A DNA stretch of 64,000 nt from Fibrobacteria bacterium (GTDB lineage Bacteria; Fibrobacterota; Fibrobacteria; UBA11236). The stretch lies in the NCBI GenBank assembly GCA_041746255.1, contig JBGTHM010000100.1, positions 32,001 to 96,000 of the forward strand. The letters run 5' to 3'. Each line of letters begins with the position of its first letter. Position 1 is the first letter of the stretch. The notes below the pieces were generated by a model that was not told the origin of the DNA, made no database searches, and saw only the letters and a list, made by a program, of their open reading frames with translations. This document shows positions 29,537-38,692 of this stretch, one piece after another. Made by a program: the position numbers and the translations under genes.

Positions 29537-29847
29537 AAAATTGATTCGGGCCCTTTGCCGCCCAATCCGGGAAATACCAAGTGGTGCTCCCGTCCCCGGC
29601 ACTCTTACCATCCGTTTCCAGCCCCAAATCTTAAAAAGATCGGATTTCGAGGGTGCCAGGCTAAGGTTACGAGCCTTATTTGATAAGATTTTATAGATTT
29701 AATCCGGCAATTGCCGTTCCATGGCAGAAACACGGCGAGGAAACCGATCCCGTTGCGCTTCCAAAGGAACGGAAATACCTAAATGCCGGCCGGTGCATTC
29801 AGCGGATGCGCCCGGACGGGTCATTCAAACCATCAGGAATAAAAATT

Positions 29848-32286
29848 ATGCGAGCCATTTTAGGTCTTCTTCCAATTGTTTTTTTGCTGGCCTGCGATGG
29901 CCGACGCGACGATAGGAATGTTCTGGCCAAGATAGGTAAGGAAAAGTACTACCAGAGTGATCTCGAAAAGCTGGTACAAACGCTTCCGCCGACGAGACAA
30001 ACGGAGGTTTTGCAACAGCCGGACGAAAGGCGCAAATTTTTCGAACAGATTTTGAAACAAAGGTTGATGGCCTTGGCGGCGAAGGAAGAGGGCTTCGCCG
30101 ATAACAAAGACTTACAAAAACGCTTGGCGGTTACCAATCAACGCATTATCACCCAGTATTACTACGAGACTTTCCTGGGTGAAAACGCTGGATTCTCCGA
30201 CGCCGAATTACAGAATTACTTCAAGGCGAATCTCGAATCTTTTAAGAACGATTCGGGTAAAACCCCGGCATTTGCCGAGGTTAAGAGTGGAGTGGTGGAT
30301 TCACTCCTCTTGTCCAAAGCCAATCTCGATTCCTTTTACCTGGCAAATTCCTCGAATTACGAGCAAAAGGCCAGTTGCGATATTTCCTTCATCCGGACCG
30401 AATCGAAAAAGGACGCTGAGGCCGCTTATAAGAGCCTGACGACCGGCTCGCCCATGAAGCAGGTTAGTGAAAAATTCGACATGGGCAAACAATTACGGAA
30501 TGCGAAACTGGTGAAGGGAGAGACGCATTGGGAATTGGGCTCGAATTATGACTGGGACAATTTATTCTTCCATGAAAGTTCCGCCCTCAAACCTGGAACT
30601 TATGCCGGACCCATTTCGAAGGAGAAAGAATTCGTGGTGGTACGCGCGGACAGCTGCAACCCCCATACGGTTCCGAAGTTGCAGGCTATTTTTGAAAAAG
30701 TCGCAACCGATTATATCAGCAGCCATCGCACCAAGCTGAGCGAGCAGGCATTGGATCAGCTCAAGGCGAAATATGCCGTGAAAATCGTGGATATGAACAA
30801 GCCATTGACCGATGAGGAGCTGAAGCCCTATTATGAGGCCAATAAAGAAAGCTACATGAGCCCTCCCACCTACTCGGTTTACCACATCGAAGCCAAAGCT
30901 AAGGAGCCGGTGTCGGCCAAATTGCAAGCGGTCAAGGATTTGGACGCTTTCAAAAAGCTCGCCGGCGAAATTTCCGAAAACTCCTGGACCCGAGCCTCTC
31001 AAGGCGAAGCCGGCGTCATTAAGCGCGATCATGCTCTTCCCTATGGAATCGGTATGCTTCCCACGCTATTCCCGGCACTGGATTCACTGAAGCCCGGAGC
31101 GATTACCGCCGCCATTCTGAATCCGGAAACCGAGAAATGGCATTGGTTCTGGCTGGTGGAAAAAAAGGAAAAACAGATAAAGCCATTCGACCGAGTCAAG
31201 CTCCTGGTTCGTCAAGACATACAATCGGATCAAACGCGCAAGGTCGCTCCCGAGGACACGCTGGCCACTTTCGCCGGCTCGAAGGTAATTCGCGAATCGG
31301 ACGTGATTTTTCTGGCCGAAGAAGTACCCGAGCATTTGCGCAGCCGCTATACGCGTGATAGGCTTGTCGATTATCTTTTGACCTGGGAATTGATGACGCT
31401 TGAAGCCGAAGCGCTCAAGCTAACCGAAAACATCAAGCTGCAAGCCTCATTGATCGAAAGCCAGGACCGCTATTGGGCGGATATCTATCGGGATTCGGTA
31501 TTACAAAAATCCTTCGGACTGGAATCGTCGCTGCTGCAGAAGACTTTCACCGGGAACCGCGACTATTTTCTCCGCGATGGCGAAGAGGGGGAATATTCCA
31601 CGCATGTCAAGGACATTGCCGCCTTCCTCACACTCGACAGCAACCACTTCGCCTTGGAATATCATCTGAACCCAGAGCGTTATACACGCAGCGATACGTT
31701 GCTTCCTTTCGAAAAAGCCGGTCATGATATTTTCCAGAATCTGAAAAGCGAAGGGCATCAACGCGCCGATAACGAATTGGTGGAGCGCTTGAAAAAGCGT
31801 TTCAACGTAGTGATAGTCGACGAAAGCTTGAAGCAGCCGAAAATCTCCGACGCCAACGCGGTTTTTCTGCAGGCTCAAAACCTCCATTACGATCGTAACC
31901 TGGAAAAGGCGTTAGAGCTTTACGAAAAGTTGCGTACCCAGTTTCCCGAAAACCATTCCCTGCAAGATTCGGTCGCCTTCGGAATGGCTCAGATATTCAT
32001 TGAGCAAGAACAGTATCAAAAAGCCCTCTCCGAATACCGCCGCGTCTCCTACCTCTACCCGAAAAGCCCTAACGAGTACAAGGCCCAGTTTATGGTGGGA
32101 TTTATCCAGGCAGAACATATCAAGAACGATTCCGCGGCCGTGCGAACCTTCCGGAAGATGCTGGAAAAGCATCCGAAAAGCGATCTTTCCGACGACGCCG
32201 ATTGGATGATTCGGAATATCGAAAGTGGCGGAGCGCTGATGCCGGTATTGGAAGACGAGGCGATTCCGGCCACCCCAGCTGAATAG
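29848..32286 (+). CDS. Lipoprotein foldase: SurA/PrsA-like and parvulin domains plus C-terminal TPR (BamD/CpoB-like)
   Basis: LLAC lipobox; VLAKIG; YHI..FKKLAGEISE..GE.G parvulin pattern; TPRs AQFMVGFI and HPKSDLSDDA. Confidence 0.8.
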   Translation: MRAILGLLPIVFLLACDGRRDDRNVLAKIGKEKYYQSDLEKLVQTLPPTRQTEVLQQPDERRKFFEQILKQRLMALAAKEEGFADNKDLQKRLAVTNQRIITQYYYETFLGENAGFSDAELQNYFKANLESFKNDSGKTPAFAEVKSGVVDSLLLSKANLDSFYLANSSNYEQKASCDISFIRTESKKDAEAAYKSLTTGSPMKQVSEKFDMGKQLRNAKLVKGETHWELGSNYDWDNLFFHESSALKPGTYAGPISKEKEFVVVRADSCNPHTVPKLQAIFEKVATDYISSHRTKLSEQALDQLKAKYAVKIVDMNKPLTDEELKPYYEANKESYMSPPTYSVYHIEAKAKEPVSAKLQAVKDLDAFKKLAGEISENSWTRASQGEAGVIKRDHALPYGIGMLPTLFPALDSLKPGAITAAILNPETEKWHWFWLVEKKEKQIKPFDRVKLLVRQDIQSDQTRKVAPEDTLATFAGSKVIRESDVIFLAEEVPEHLRSRYTRDRLVDYLLTWELMTLEAEALKLTENIKLQASLIESQDRYWADIYRDSVLQKSFGLESSLLQKTFTGNRDYFLRDGEEGEYSTHVKDIAAFLTLDSNHFALEYHLNPERYTRSDTLLPFEKAGHDIFQNLKSEGHQRADNELVERLKKRFNVVIVDESLKQPKISDANAVFLQAQNLHYDRNLEKALELYEKLRTQFPENHSLQDSVAFGMAQIFIEQEQYQKALSEYRRVSYLYPKSPNEYKAQFMVGFIQAEHIKNDSAAVRTFRKMLEKHPKSDLSDDADWMIRNIESGGALMPVLEDEAIPATPAE

Positions 32287-32293
32287 GTCCAAT

Positions 32294-32330
32294 AAAAATG
32301 CCCCAATTCCTGAGGATTGGGGCATTTTTT
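32294..32330. terminator. Bidirectional intrinsic terminator
   Basis: AAAAATGCCCCAAT-loop-ATTGGGGCATTTTT between the convergent foldase gene and tRNA-Gly. Confidence 0.8.
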
Positions 32331-32405
32331 GGAGCGGATTATCAGATTCGAACTGACGACCCTTTGCTTGGGAAGCAAAAGCTCTACCAACTGAGCTAAA
32401 TCCGC
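32330..32405 (-). tRNA. tRNA-Gly (CCC)
   Basis: Reverse complement GCGGATTTAGCTCAGTTGGTAGAGC-TTTTGCTTCCCAAGCAAA-GGGTCGTCAGTTCGAATCTGATAATCCGCTCCA. Confidence 0.96.
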
Positions 32406-32526
32406 ATGACGACTAATATAATATTTCTCCCTGAATTCGCACTCACTTCTTCCCGTCTCAACTAACTTTCCGCTGTGGGGAAACACCCCTTTATATTATT
32501 TTTGGCCCAACTGTCAGGAAGGACAC

Positions 32527-32970
32527 ATGGAAAGTACTCTGGTCATTATCAAACCCAATGGCGTTAAAGGCGGAATCATTGGTGAAATTATCGGTCGTTT
32601 TGAAAAAGCCAGGCTTTCGATACGTGCTTTGAAGATGAAGACCATCACCCGCTCCGAGGTCGAGGAATTCTACGCGGAACATAAAGACAAGGGCTTTTTC
32701 GGCGAATTGGCCGATTTCATGACTTCCGGCCCGGCGGTACTCATAGCCTTAGCAGGGCCCAACGCCATCGAAACAGTGCGTACCATCAACGGCGCCACGA
32801 ATCCGGCAAATGCCCAGCCCGGTACCATCCGCTATGATTTCGCTCCGAACACGGGTGAGAACATCGTACACTCCTCCGATTCGCCCAAGAGCGCCGAGCG
32901 TGAAATTTCCTTTTGGTTCAAGGCGGACGAATTGGTCGAATACCCGGCCTACTCGCATATCCGGAAATAA
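32527..32970 (+). CDS. ndk: Nucleoside diphosphate kinase
   Basis: TLVIIKP, FYAEH, FMTSGP, GATNP, PGTIR, NIVHSSDS. Confidence 0.97.
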   Translation: MESTLVIIKPNGVKGGIIGEIIGRFEKARLSIRALKMKTITRSEVEEFYAEHKDKGFFGELADFMTSGPAVLIALAGPNAIETVRTINGATNPANAQPGTIRYDFAPNTGENIVHSSDSPKSAEREISFWFKADELVEYPAYSHIRK

Positions 32971-33037
32971 GCGGCGCGCTGAATTCCTGGAGAAGCCGGA
33001 CTCCGCTTGTTAAATTGGTGATGGCGGTGTAGCCTGC

Positions 33038-33559
33038 ATGCTGATTCCCTACCAAAATAACCTACCCCAATTGGGAAGCCGCACCTATGTCGCGCCCGGC
33101 GCGATTTTGATCGGGCACGTTTCCCTGGGTGAAGACGCATCGGTTTTCTTTCATTGCGTATTAAGGGCAGACATCAACGTTATTTCGATAGGCGCACGCT
33201 CCAATATCCAGGACAATTCCACCGTCCACGTTTCCTCCCTGCTGGGTACCTACGTGGGAAGCGACGTTTCCGTTGGCCATAATTGCGTTATCCATGCCTG
33301 TAAGGTGGCTGACCGGGTGTTGGTGGGAATGGGCTCAATACTCATGGACGGTGTGGAAGTCGGCGAGGATTGCATAATCGGCGCGGGGAGCCTGCTTACC
33401 CGGGGGAGGAAATTCCCCTCCGGCTCCCTTATCATGGGAAATCCCGCCAAGGTGGCGCGAGTGCTCACCATTGAAGAGATCGCCTCCATCGCCCAATTGG
33501 CAAACAAATATGTCGGCGTTAAAGATCATTACCGGGATCAGCAATCCGGCGGAATGTGA
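33038..33559 (+). CDS. Gamma carbonic anhydrase family (hexapeptide repeat) protein
   Basis: LRAD, SNIQDNSTVH, VGH..IHAC, GNPAKV.R. Confidence 0.92.
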   Translation: MLIPYQNNLPQLGSRTYVAPGAILIGHVSLGEDASVFFHCVLRADINVISIGARSNIQDNSTVHVSSLLGTYVGSDVSVGHNCVIHACKVADRVLVGMGSILMDGVEVGEDCIIGAGSLLTRGRKFPSGSLIMGNPAKVARVLTIEEIASIAQLANKYVGVKDHYRDQQSGGM

Positions 33560-34156
33560 ATGGGCTGGCTCAAATTACTCGCCGCGCTGGCTCTGATTTT
33601 TGCCGTGACGGTCTGGCTGATAAACGCCTTCATCGTGGTAGTGGCCAAGCCCCAAATGGTCGAAACCCTGATGGAAATGCCGGACGTGGAAGCAGTAGTG
33701 GTACCGGGAGCCAGCGTCTACCGCTCAGGCAAACTTTCACCGGTATTGCAACGTCGCATGGAAGCGGGCATCCGATTCATTTCCCACAACGACTCGGCCT
33801 ACTTGGTGCTCTCCGGTTATTCCATTCCCGACGGTTATAATGAAACGGCCGCCATGCTGGAGTTCGCCCGCAAAAACCATGTTCCGGATGACCGCATCCT
33901 GACCGACAAAAATGGTCGTTCCACTTATGTTACGCTTTTGAACTGCAAACGGGATATGGGCCTGCGACGTATTCTTATTGTGAGTCAAGACTACCACCTG
34001 CCCCGGGCGCTTTACATCGCCAAAGGGCTGGGCATGGAAGCCCGGGGGTTTTCAGTGGAGCAAAGCCCCACCTCGCGATTCCATTGGCGGGAATACAGCT
34101 CCCGTTTCAAGGACTTCATTCTGCTGCGGATATCAGGCCTTTTCAACGCGCGATGA
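33560..34156 (+). CDS. SanA/ElyC/YdcF (DUF218) family protein
   Basis: N-terminal TM, VVPGA, SP.LQRR, LSG, YNE..AM, SQDYHLPRA, RE. Confidence 0.9.
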   Translation: MGWLKLLAALALIFAVTVWLINAFIVVVAKPQMVETLMEMPDVEAVVVPGASVYRSGKLSPVLQRRMEAGIRFISHNDSAYLVLSGYSIPDGYNETAAMLEFARKNHVPDDRILTDKNGRSTYVTLLNCKRDMGLRRILIVSQDYHLPRALYIAKGLGMEARGFSVEQSPTSRFHWREYSSRFKDFILLRISGLFNAR

Positions 34157-35145
34157 AAGCCGGAAAACTTGCCATCACCTTTCTCATCAACCCCATATCC
34201 GGTGGCGGGATCGGAAAAGACGTTTTCTCGCTGCTTCCCGAAATAATGACCTCGTTCGGATTCGCGCCCGGCGAGTGGGATGCCCAATTGACGCAACATG
34301 ACCGGTTGGAAGCACAAACCGACGCCGTCTTGCAATCCGCCGACAAAATCATCGCCGTAGGTGGCGACGGCACCATCGGCTTCATACTTTCGCGCTTGAA
34401 GGCCATGCAAACCACCCAAGCCCAAATCGGCCTAATACCACTGGGAACGGGAAACGATTTGGGACGCAGCCTCGGTGTTTACCGCATCTATTCGCAAAAA
34501 GGTTTGTTGGCATGTGTAAAAAGATTACTCAAAGCACCCAGTACGCCTTTCGATTTGTGGGATATCAACGGTTCCCTCACTTTGGCCTCTTATTTCAGCT
34601 TCGGAATGGATGCCGCGGTTTTACAGGACTTCGATCGCGCCCGTTCGGAAGGACGCATACCCAAGGGCGCCCTTTTCAATCTCCTCTATTACGCCAAAGC
34701 CTTCTGCGTCCATGCTACCCGCGGAATAGGGAGTCCGGTGGAATTAAGCCTGATTACCCCCCAGGGTAAAGTTGTTTTACACTTGCAAAATGAGGTCTGT
34801 TGCCTGGTAGCCAATATCAATTCCTATGCCGCCGGGTCGCGGCCGTTTCCACAAAGCTCTTTCAACGACGGCAAACTGGACATCGCCATCTTCAATTCGC
34901 TGTGGATATACCTGCTTCTGATAGGATTGTCGCGAGTGATGCCGGGACTGGCACGCGCCTTTGGAATGCGGTTACGGCGCTTCGAAGCTACCGAAATCGA
35001 ATTGAAGGGATTGGTCGGAGTTCCGGCTCAACTGGACGGCGAAAACGTAACTCCCACCTGCTCCGAAAACCCATGCCTCACCATCCGTCATGCCGGACAA
35101 GTCCGGCTGTTGGATTTGAGGCGAGTCGGTTTCAACCTATTCTGA
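34153..35145 (+). CDS. Diacylglycerol/lipid kinase family protein
   Basis: NPISGGG, GGDGT, PLGTGNDL, SYFSFGMDA, DGKLD, QLDGE. Confidence 0.9.
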   Translation: MKAGKLAITFLINPISGGGIGKDVFSLLPEIMTSFGFAPGEWDAQLTQHDRLEAQTDAVLQSADKIIAVGGDGTIGFILSRLKAMQTTQAQIGLIPLGTGNDLGRSLGVYRIYSQKGLLACVKRLLKAPSTPFDLWDINGSLTLASYFSFGMDAAVLQDFDRARSEGRIPKGALFNLLYYAKAFCVHATRGIGSPVELSLITPQGKVVLHLQNEVCCLVANINSYAAGSRPFPQSSFNDGKLDIAIFNSLWIYLLLIGLSRVMPGLARAFGMRLRRFEATEIELKGLVGVPAQLDGENVTPTCSENPCLTIRHAGQVRLLDLRRVGFNLF

Positions 35146-35901
35146 AGGAAGGCGGATCAGGGAAGGTCCATCGTCGCTCACTAACCCGCCCACCCCTTCC
35201 AATGCCGCTTCGCATAAGCGCGAATACCCTTCGATATTCCAAACGAGCAATTTTGACCTCGGTAAGTCCGCTGGAGGAAAAGCATCAGGCATACCGATGA
35301 CCCGGCGGTAAGCGGCCCAGGGCAGCGAAAAATAAGCTACGCCGGCCAGCTCCAGGGCGCCACCGGCCTGGACATGTTTCCAATAGCGGGAGAAGTCACG
35401 GTGGTTTTCGAAAATAGGAACCAATGGCATGCGGGGATCGAGGAGCCGCACCCGACGCAACAAAGGAAGGTGAAAGCTCGCCAAGAAAGTTTGTGGATGG
35501 CGGGGGAAATCTCCCAGCACTTCCAGCGTAGCTGCGGCCAGGCTGTCGAGGTAAGCGTGGTCCTCGGCTTTGGCACGAGGCACTTTCATTTCCAGATAAT
35601 AGGGCTTGTCACCCAAGACTGCTAGAAAGCGACGCAGCTCGGGTATAGCCCATTCCTCGTTATCTCGCCGAATGGGGATACGACGAATTTCCTCCCGGGT
35701 CAGTGAATGGATAGGCGCATCCAGGCCGCACATACGCCTACAATCGTCGTCGTGAAACACAATCGGTTCGCCGTCCTTGGAAAGTTGCACGTCGAACTCC
35801 ACCATGTCGCAACCCTGGGTATAGGCTTCGAGCAAGGCTTCCAGGGTATTTTCGGGGTGGCGCCCATGCCAACCCCGATGAGCGATTCTAAGCGACGGCA
35901 C
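35137..35901 (-). CDS. Glycerophosphodiester phosphodiesterase
   Basis: IAHRG..PENT, VEFDVQLSKDG..FHD, LEMK. Confidence 0.92.
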   Translation of the reverse strand: MPSLRIAHRGWHGRHPENTLEALLEAYTQGCDMVEFDVQLSKDGEPIVFHDDDCRRMCGLDAPIHSLTREEIRRIPIRRDNEEWAIPELRRFLAVLGDKPYYLEMKVPRAKAEDHAYLDSLAAATLEVLGDFPRHPQTFLASFHLPLLRRVRLLDPRMPLVPIFENHRDFSRYWKHVQAGGALELAGVAYFSLPWAAYRRVIGMPDAFPPADLPRSKLLVWNIEGYSRLCEAALEGVGGLVSDDGPSLIRLPSE

Positions 35902-37471
35902 GATGACGGTTCCCTTCTAGATAGTGGCGATAATCGACTTGCGATGCGATTTGCGCATATCCCTCCACGTTTTCGCGGAAAAGATTTTCCACTGCAAGCA
36001 GGCTTTCCAATCCGCCTCCGGGTGAAAAGAAAATATCGGTTCGCCGCCGGTAAAAATCAAGCGGAGAAGCAGCCTGCTCCTTTTCAATGGCGAACAGCAC
36101 TTCTCCCGCCAAAAGTGGCTCGTCTTTTGATAACCGCGCCGCATATGCGGGTTTGGACTGGGTAAACTCGGCCAACTCGAGCGCCCTCCGTCCATACCGG
36201 TTCAGCCAAGTATCCGCGATGGCGTCGTCGCAGAAGGGAAAATCCCGCAAGCGTCTTTTCGCAGCATCCCTTTCCGTCCCATCCCGCCAACCTCCGGGAA
36301 ATAGCCTGCCTTCCGTAGATTCATCGGGGGGGGTTCCGGTGATAAATTGAAAATATTCCTCGGCGAGGGCTCGATGCGTGGTGTATTTCCCCCCTACCAT
36401 CGTGTAGACGCCATTTGCCAGGGCTTTAAATTGATGCTCCCGGCTAACCGCAGCCGATCCGTTCCCCTTTCCTCCCCCGCCGGCCAGCGGTCGAATACCC
36501 GCAAAGGCGCAGATTACCCTCACTTGAGTCCCAGGGAAGTAATGCGCCGTAAGCCGGTGCAATTCATCGATTTCCACGTCGAGCGGCAAGGGGGTTTCCG
36601 GGACATTACCTGGGATTTCCACTTCGGTAGTTCCGATCAGGTGATATTTTTTCCAAGGGAGCACGAAAAAATAACGGCCGGTTCCGGGCACAGGAAGGAT
36701 GAAACTCGAGGTAGAAGTCAGTTTCTCCACTACCAAATGCGCTCCCTGACTGGGACGTAATTGTTTCTCCGCACTTGGAAATTGAGCGGTCGCCACCTGG
36801 TCGGTCCAGGGGCCAAGGGTCATCGCCACCTTCCGGCACCGGTAAACCCTTTCCCGCAAGGTGCGCAAGTTAAGTACGGTGACTTCCAGAGTAAGCCTGC
36901 CCTCCTCATCCCGGCCTGCTTCCTCAACGCCCAAAAAACGATGGTAATTCCAGGAGGCCGCACCCAGCGACCAGGCATCCACCAGATTTTCCATAACCAA
37001 ACGGCTGTCGTCCATGGAACAATCCGAATAGGCATACGCGGCGCAGGGAGTTCCGGGAAGAAATTGAGGTTCGAGCGCCCCGACCTGTGACTGGGAAAGA
37101 TACCGATGTGATTGTAATCCCAGCTTTCCGGCCAAGGTATCATAGAGTACCATAGCCGCTTTGATGCTCCAGCGCATCCGGCCACCAGTCAAGCCCACGG
37201 GAAACAGAAATCTGCGTTCCTCCACCAAATGAGGGGCGGCGCGTAAAAGCCGCGCCCGTTCCCGTACCGACTCGCGCACCAGCGCGAATTCGAAATGTTC
37301 GAGATAGCGTATTCCCCCGTGCACCAGCTTGGAAGTAGCCGAACTGGCTCCCTGCCCATAATCCCCCGCCTCGAAAAGCCCTACGCGCATACCCTGGAGA
37401 GCCGCTACCCGCGCTAGGGCCGCGCCGTTGATTCCTCCCCCGATGATTATCATTTCAAAGTCGGTTTGCAT
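35888..37471 (-). CDS. glpD: FAD-dependent glycerol-3-phosphate dehydrogenase
   Basis: IIGGGING, SSATSKLVHGGIRYLE, GTTE, FAGIRPL, GGKYTTHR. Confidence 0.92.
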   Translation of the reverse strand: MQTDFEMIIIGGGINGAALARVAALQGMRVGLFEAGDYGQGASSATSKLVHGGIRYLEHFEFALVRESVRERARLLRAAPHLVEERRFLFPVGLTGGRMRWSIKAAMVLYDTLAGKLGLQSHRYLSQSQVGALEPQFLPGTPCAAYAYSDCSMDDSRLVMENLVDAWSLGAASWNYHRFLGVEEAGRDEEGRLTLEVTVLNLRTLRERVYRCRKVAMTLGPWTDQVATAQFPSAEKQLRPSQGAHLVVEKLTSTSSFILPVPGTGRYFFVLPWKKYHLIGTTEVEIPGNVPETPLPLDVEIDELHRLTAHYFPGTQVRVICAFAGIRPLAGGGGKGNGSAAVSREHQFKALANGVYTMVGGKYTTHRALAEEYFQFITGTPPDESTEGRLFPGGWRDGTERDAAKRRLRDFPFCDDAIADTWLNRYGRRALELAEFTQSKPAYAARLSKDEPLLAGEVLFAIEKEQAASPLDFYRRRTDIFFSPGGGLESLLAVENLFRENVEGYAQIASQVDYRHYLEGNRHRAVA

Positions 37472-37597
37472 GTGGTTTCCGTCCGTGGCACCTATCCAGG
37501 GTAATTCCTATATTGCTGCTGGGTACCTTGCTCCCGGCATTCATCGAATGCCGGTTATCCATTTCGGGAATAAACAAAAGTTTAACATCGAGTTCCT

Positions 37598-38674
37598 ATG
37601 ATTGACCAGATTTCCATTACCAAGTCCCCTTGCCTGACGAAATCAGTCGTGCGAGCCTTGATGATTCCTGTCCTTACCGTTTTATTGATATCCGAGCCTG
37701 CATATGCACAAGGCGCCGACAAACCTTCGCGAACCGTGATTACTGTCGGTTCGAACAACATCAATCGAGGTCAAATCGAGTCGCTGGTCAGTTTGATGGA
37801 GAAACAGCAAGGCCCTGAGCGCCCTGTCACGGACCAGGACCGAGCCCGCTTACGCCAAATGATCGCCACCAACCTGATTGGACAGGAATTAGTCGGCTTG
37901 GAGGCGAAGCGACTTAAAATTGCCGCCCAGCCTCAGGAAATCGATTCGGCATTTCAAATCCTGAAAGCCGCTTATCCGGATGACAAGGTTTTCACATCCA
38001 CACTGGCACAAGCCGGCGACACGGAAAAAAGCCTTCGCGAAAAATTGGCGCGTCAAATTGTCCAAGACAAATTACTGGACACCCAGGTACCTGCTCCCAC
38101 GGAACCGACCGAAAAGGATTTGCAAGCCTTCTATGCAAGCAACAAGAAGGATTTTCCCGTGAACGATACGCTTCGGGCCAGTCAGATCGTCTTGCTGGCT
38201 CCCAAGAACGCCACCGCTGCGGCTGCAAAAGCGAAAAAAGAACAACTGGATAAAATCCGCGCCGAGTTGCTGCGAGACAGCGCCGACTTTCCACGCCTGG
38301 TTTCGCAGTTTACGGCACTGGCCGCCAATTATTCCGAAACCCCTGAGAAACAACGTGGGGGCGATTTAGGCCGCTTCGCGCCCGGGGATTTCAAGGCGGA
38401 TTTCTCGGGAGAGGTTAAAAAAATGGAAATGGGTCAACTCTCTCCGGTTTTCCGTACTTCGATGGGATGGCACTTGGTCCTGCTCACCGAAAAGAATGAC
38501 GGTAAATTTTCCAGTTATCGTTTTCGCATCGCACAATTCCTGATGACGAGGGAAACCATGGAGAAGGCCAAAATCCTGCGCGATTTTCTGCAATCCCTGG
38601 CCAAAAAATATCCCGTCAAATACCTTGACCCCTCCTATCGCGATACCTCAGCCAACGCCATTTATAAATCCTGA
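37598..38674 (+). CDS. SurA/PpiC-type peptidylprolyl isomerase
   Basis: Signal peptide, SurA-N-like helices, RASQI, LAANYSE, GGDLG.F, SPVFRT.MGWHLV. Confidence 0.88.
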   Translation: MIDQISITKSPCLTKSVVRALMIPVLTVLLISEPAYAQGADKPSRTVITVGSNNINRGQIESLVSLMEKQQGPERPVTDQDRARLRQMIATNLIGQELVGLEAKRLKIAAQPQEIDSAFQILKAAYPDDKVFTSTLAQAGDTEKSLREKLARQIVQDKLLDTQVPAPTEPTEKDLQAFYASNKKDFPVNDTLRASQIVLLAPKNATAAAAKAKKEQLDKIRAELLRDSADFPRLVSQFTALAANYSETPEKQRGGDLGRFAPGDFKADFSGEVKKMEMGQLSPVFRTSMGWHLVLLTEKNDGKFSSYRFRIAQFLMTRETMEKAKILRDFLQSLAKKYPVKYLDPSYRDTSANAIYKS

Positions 38675-38692
38675 TCCGGCGGAACGGCGAGT

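Noticed and set aside
33557..33562. In-frame TGA-ATG junction suggesting readthrough or selenocysteine fusion
   Set aside because: Both proteins are complete members of separate families, the second starts with its own membrane anchor, and no SECIS-like hairpin is evident.
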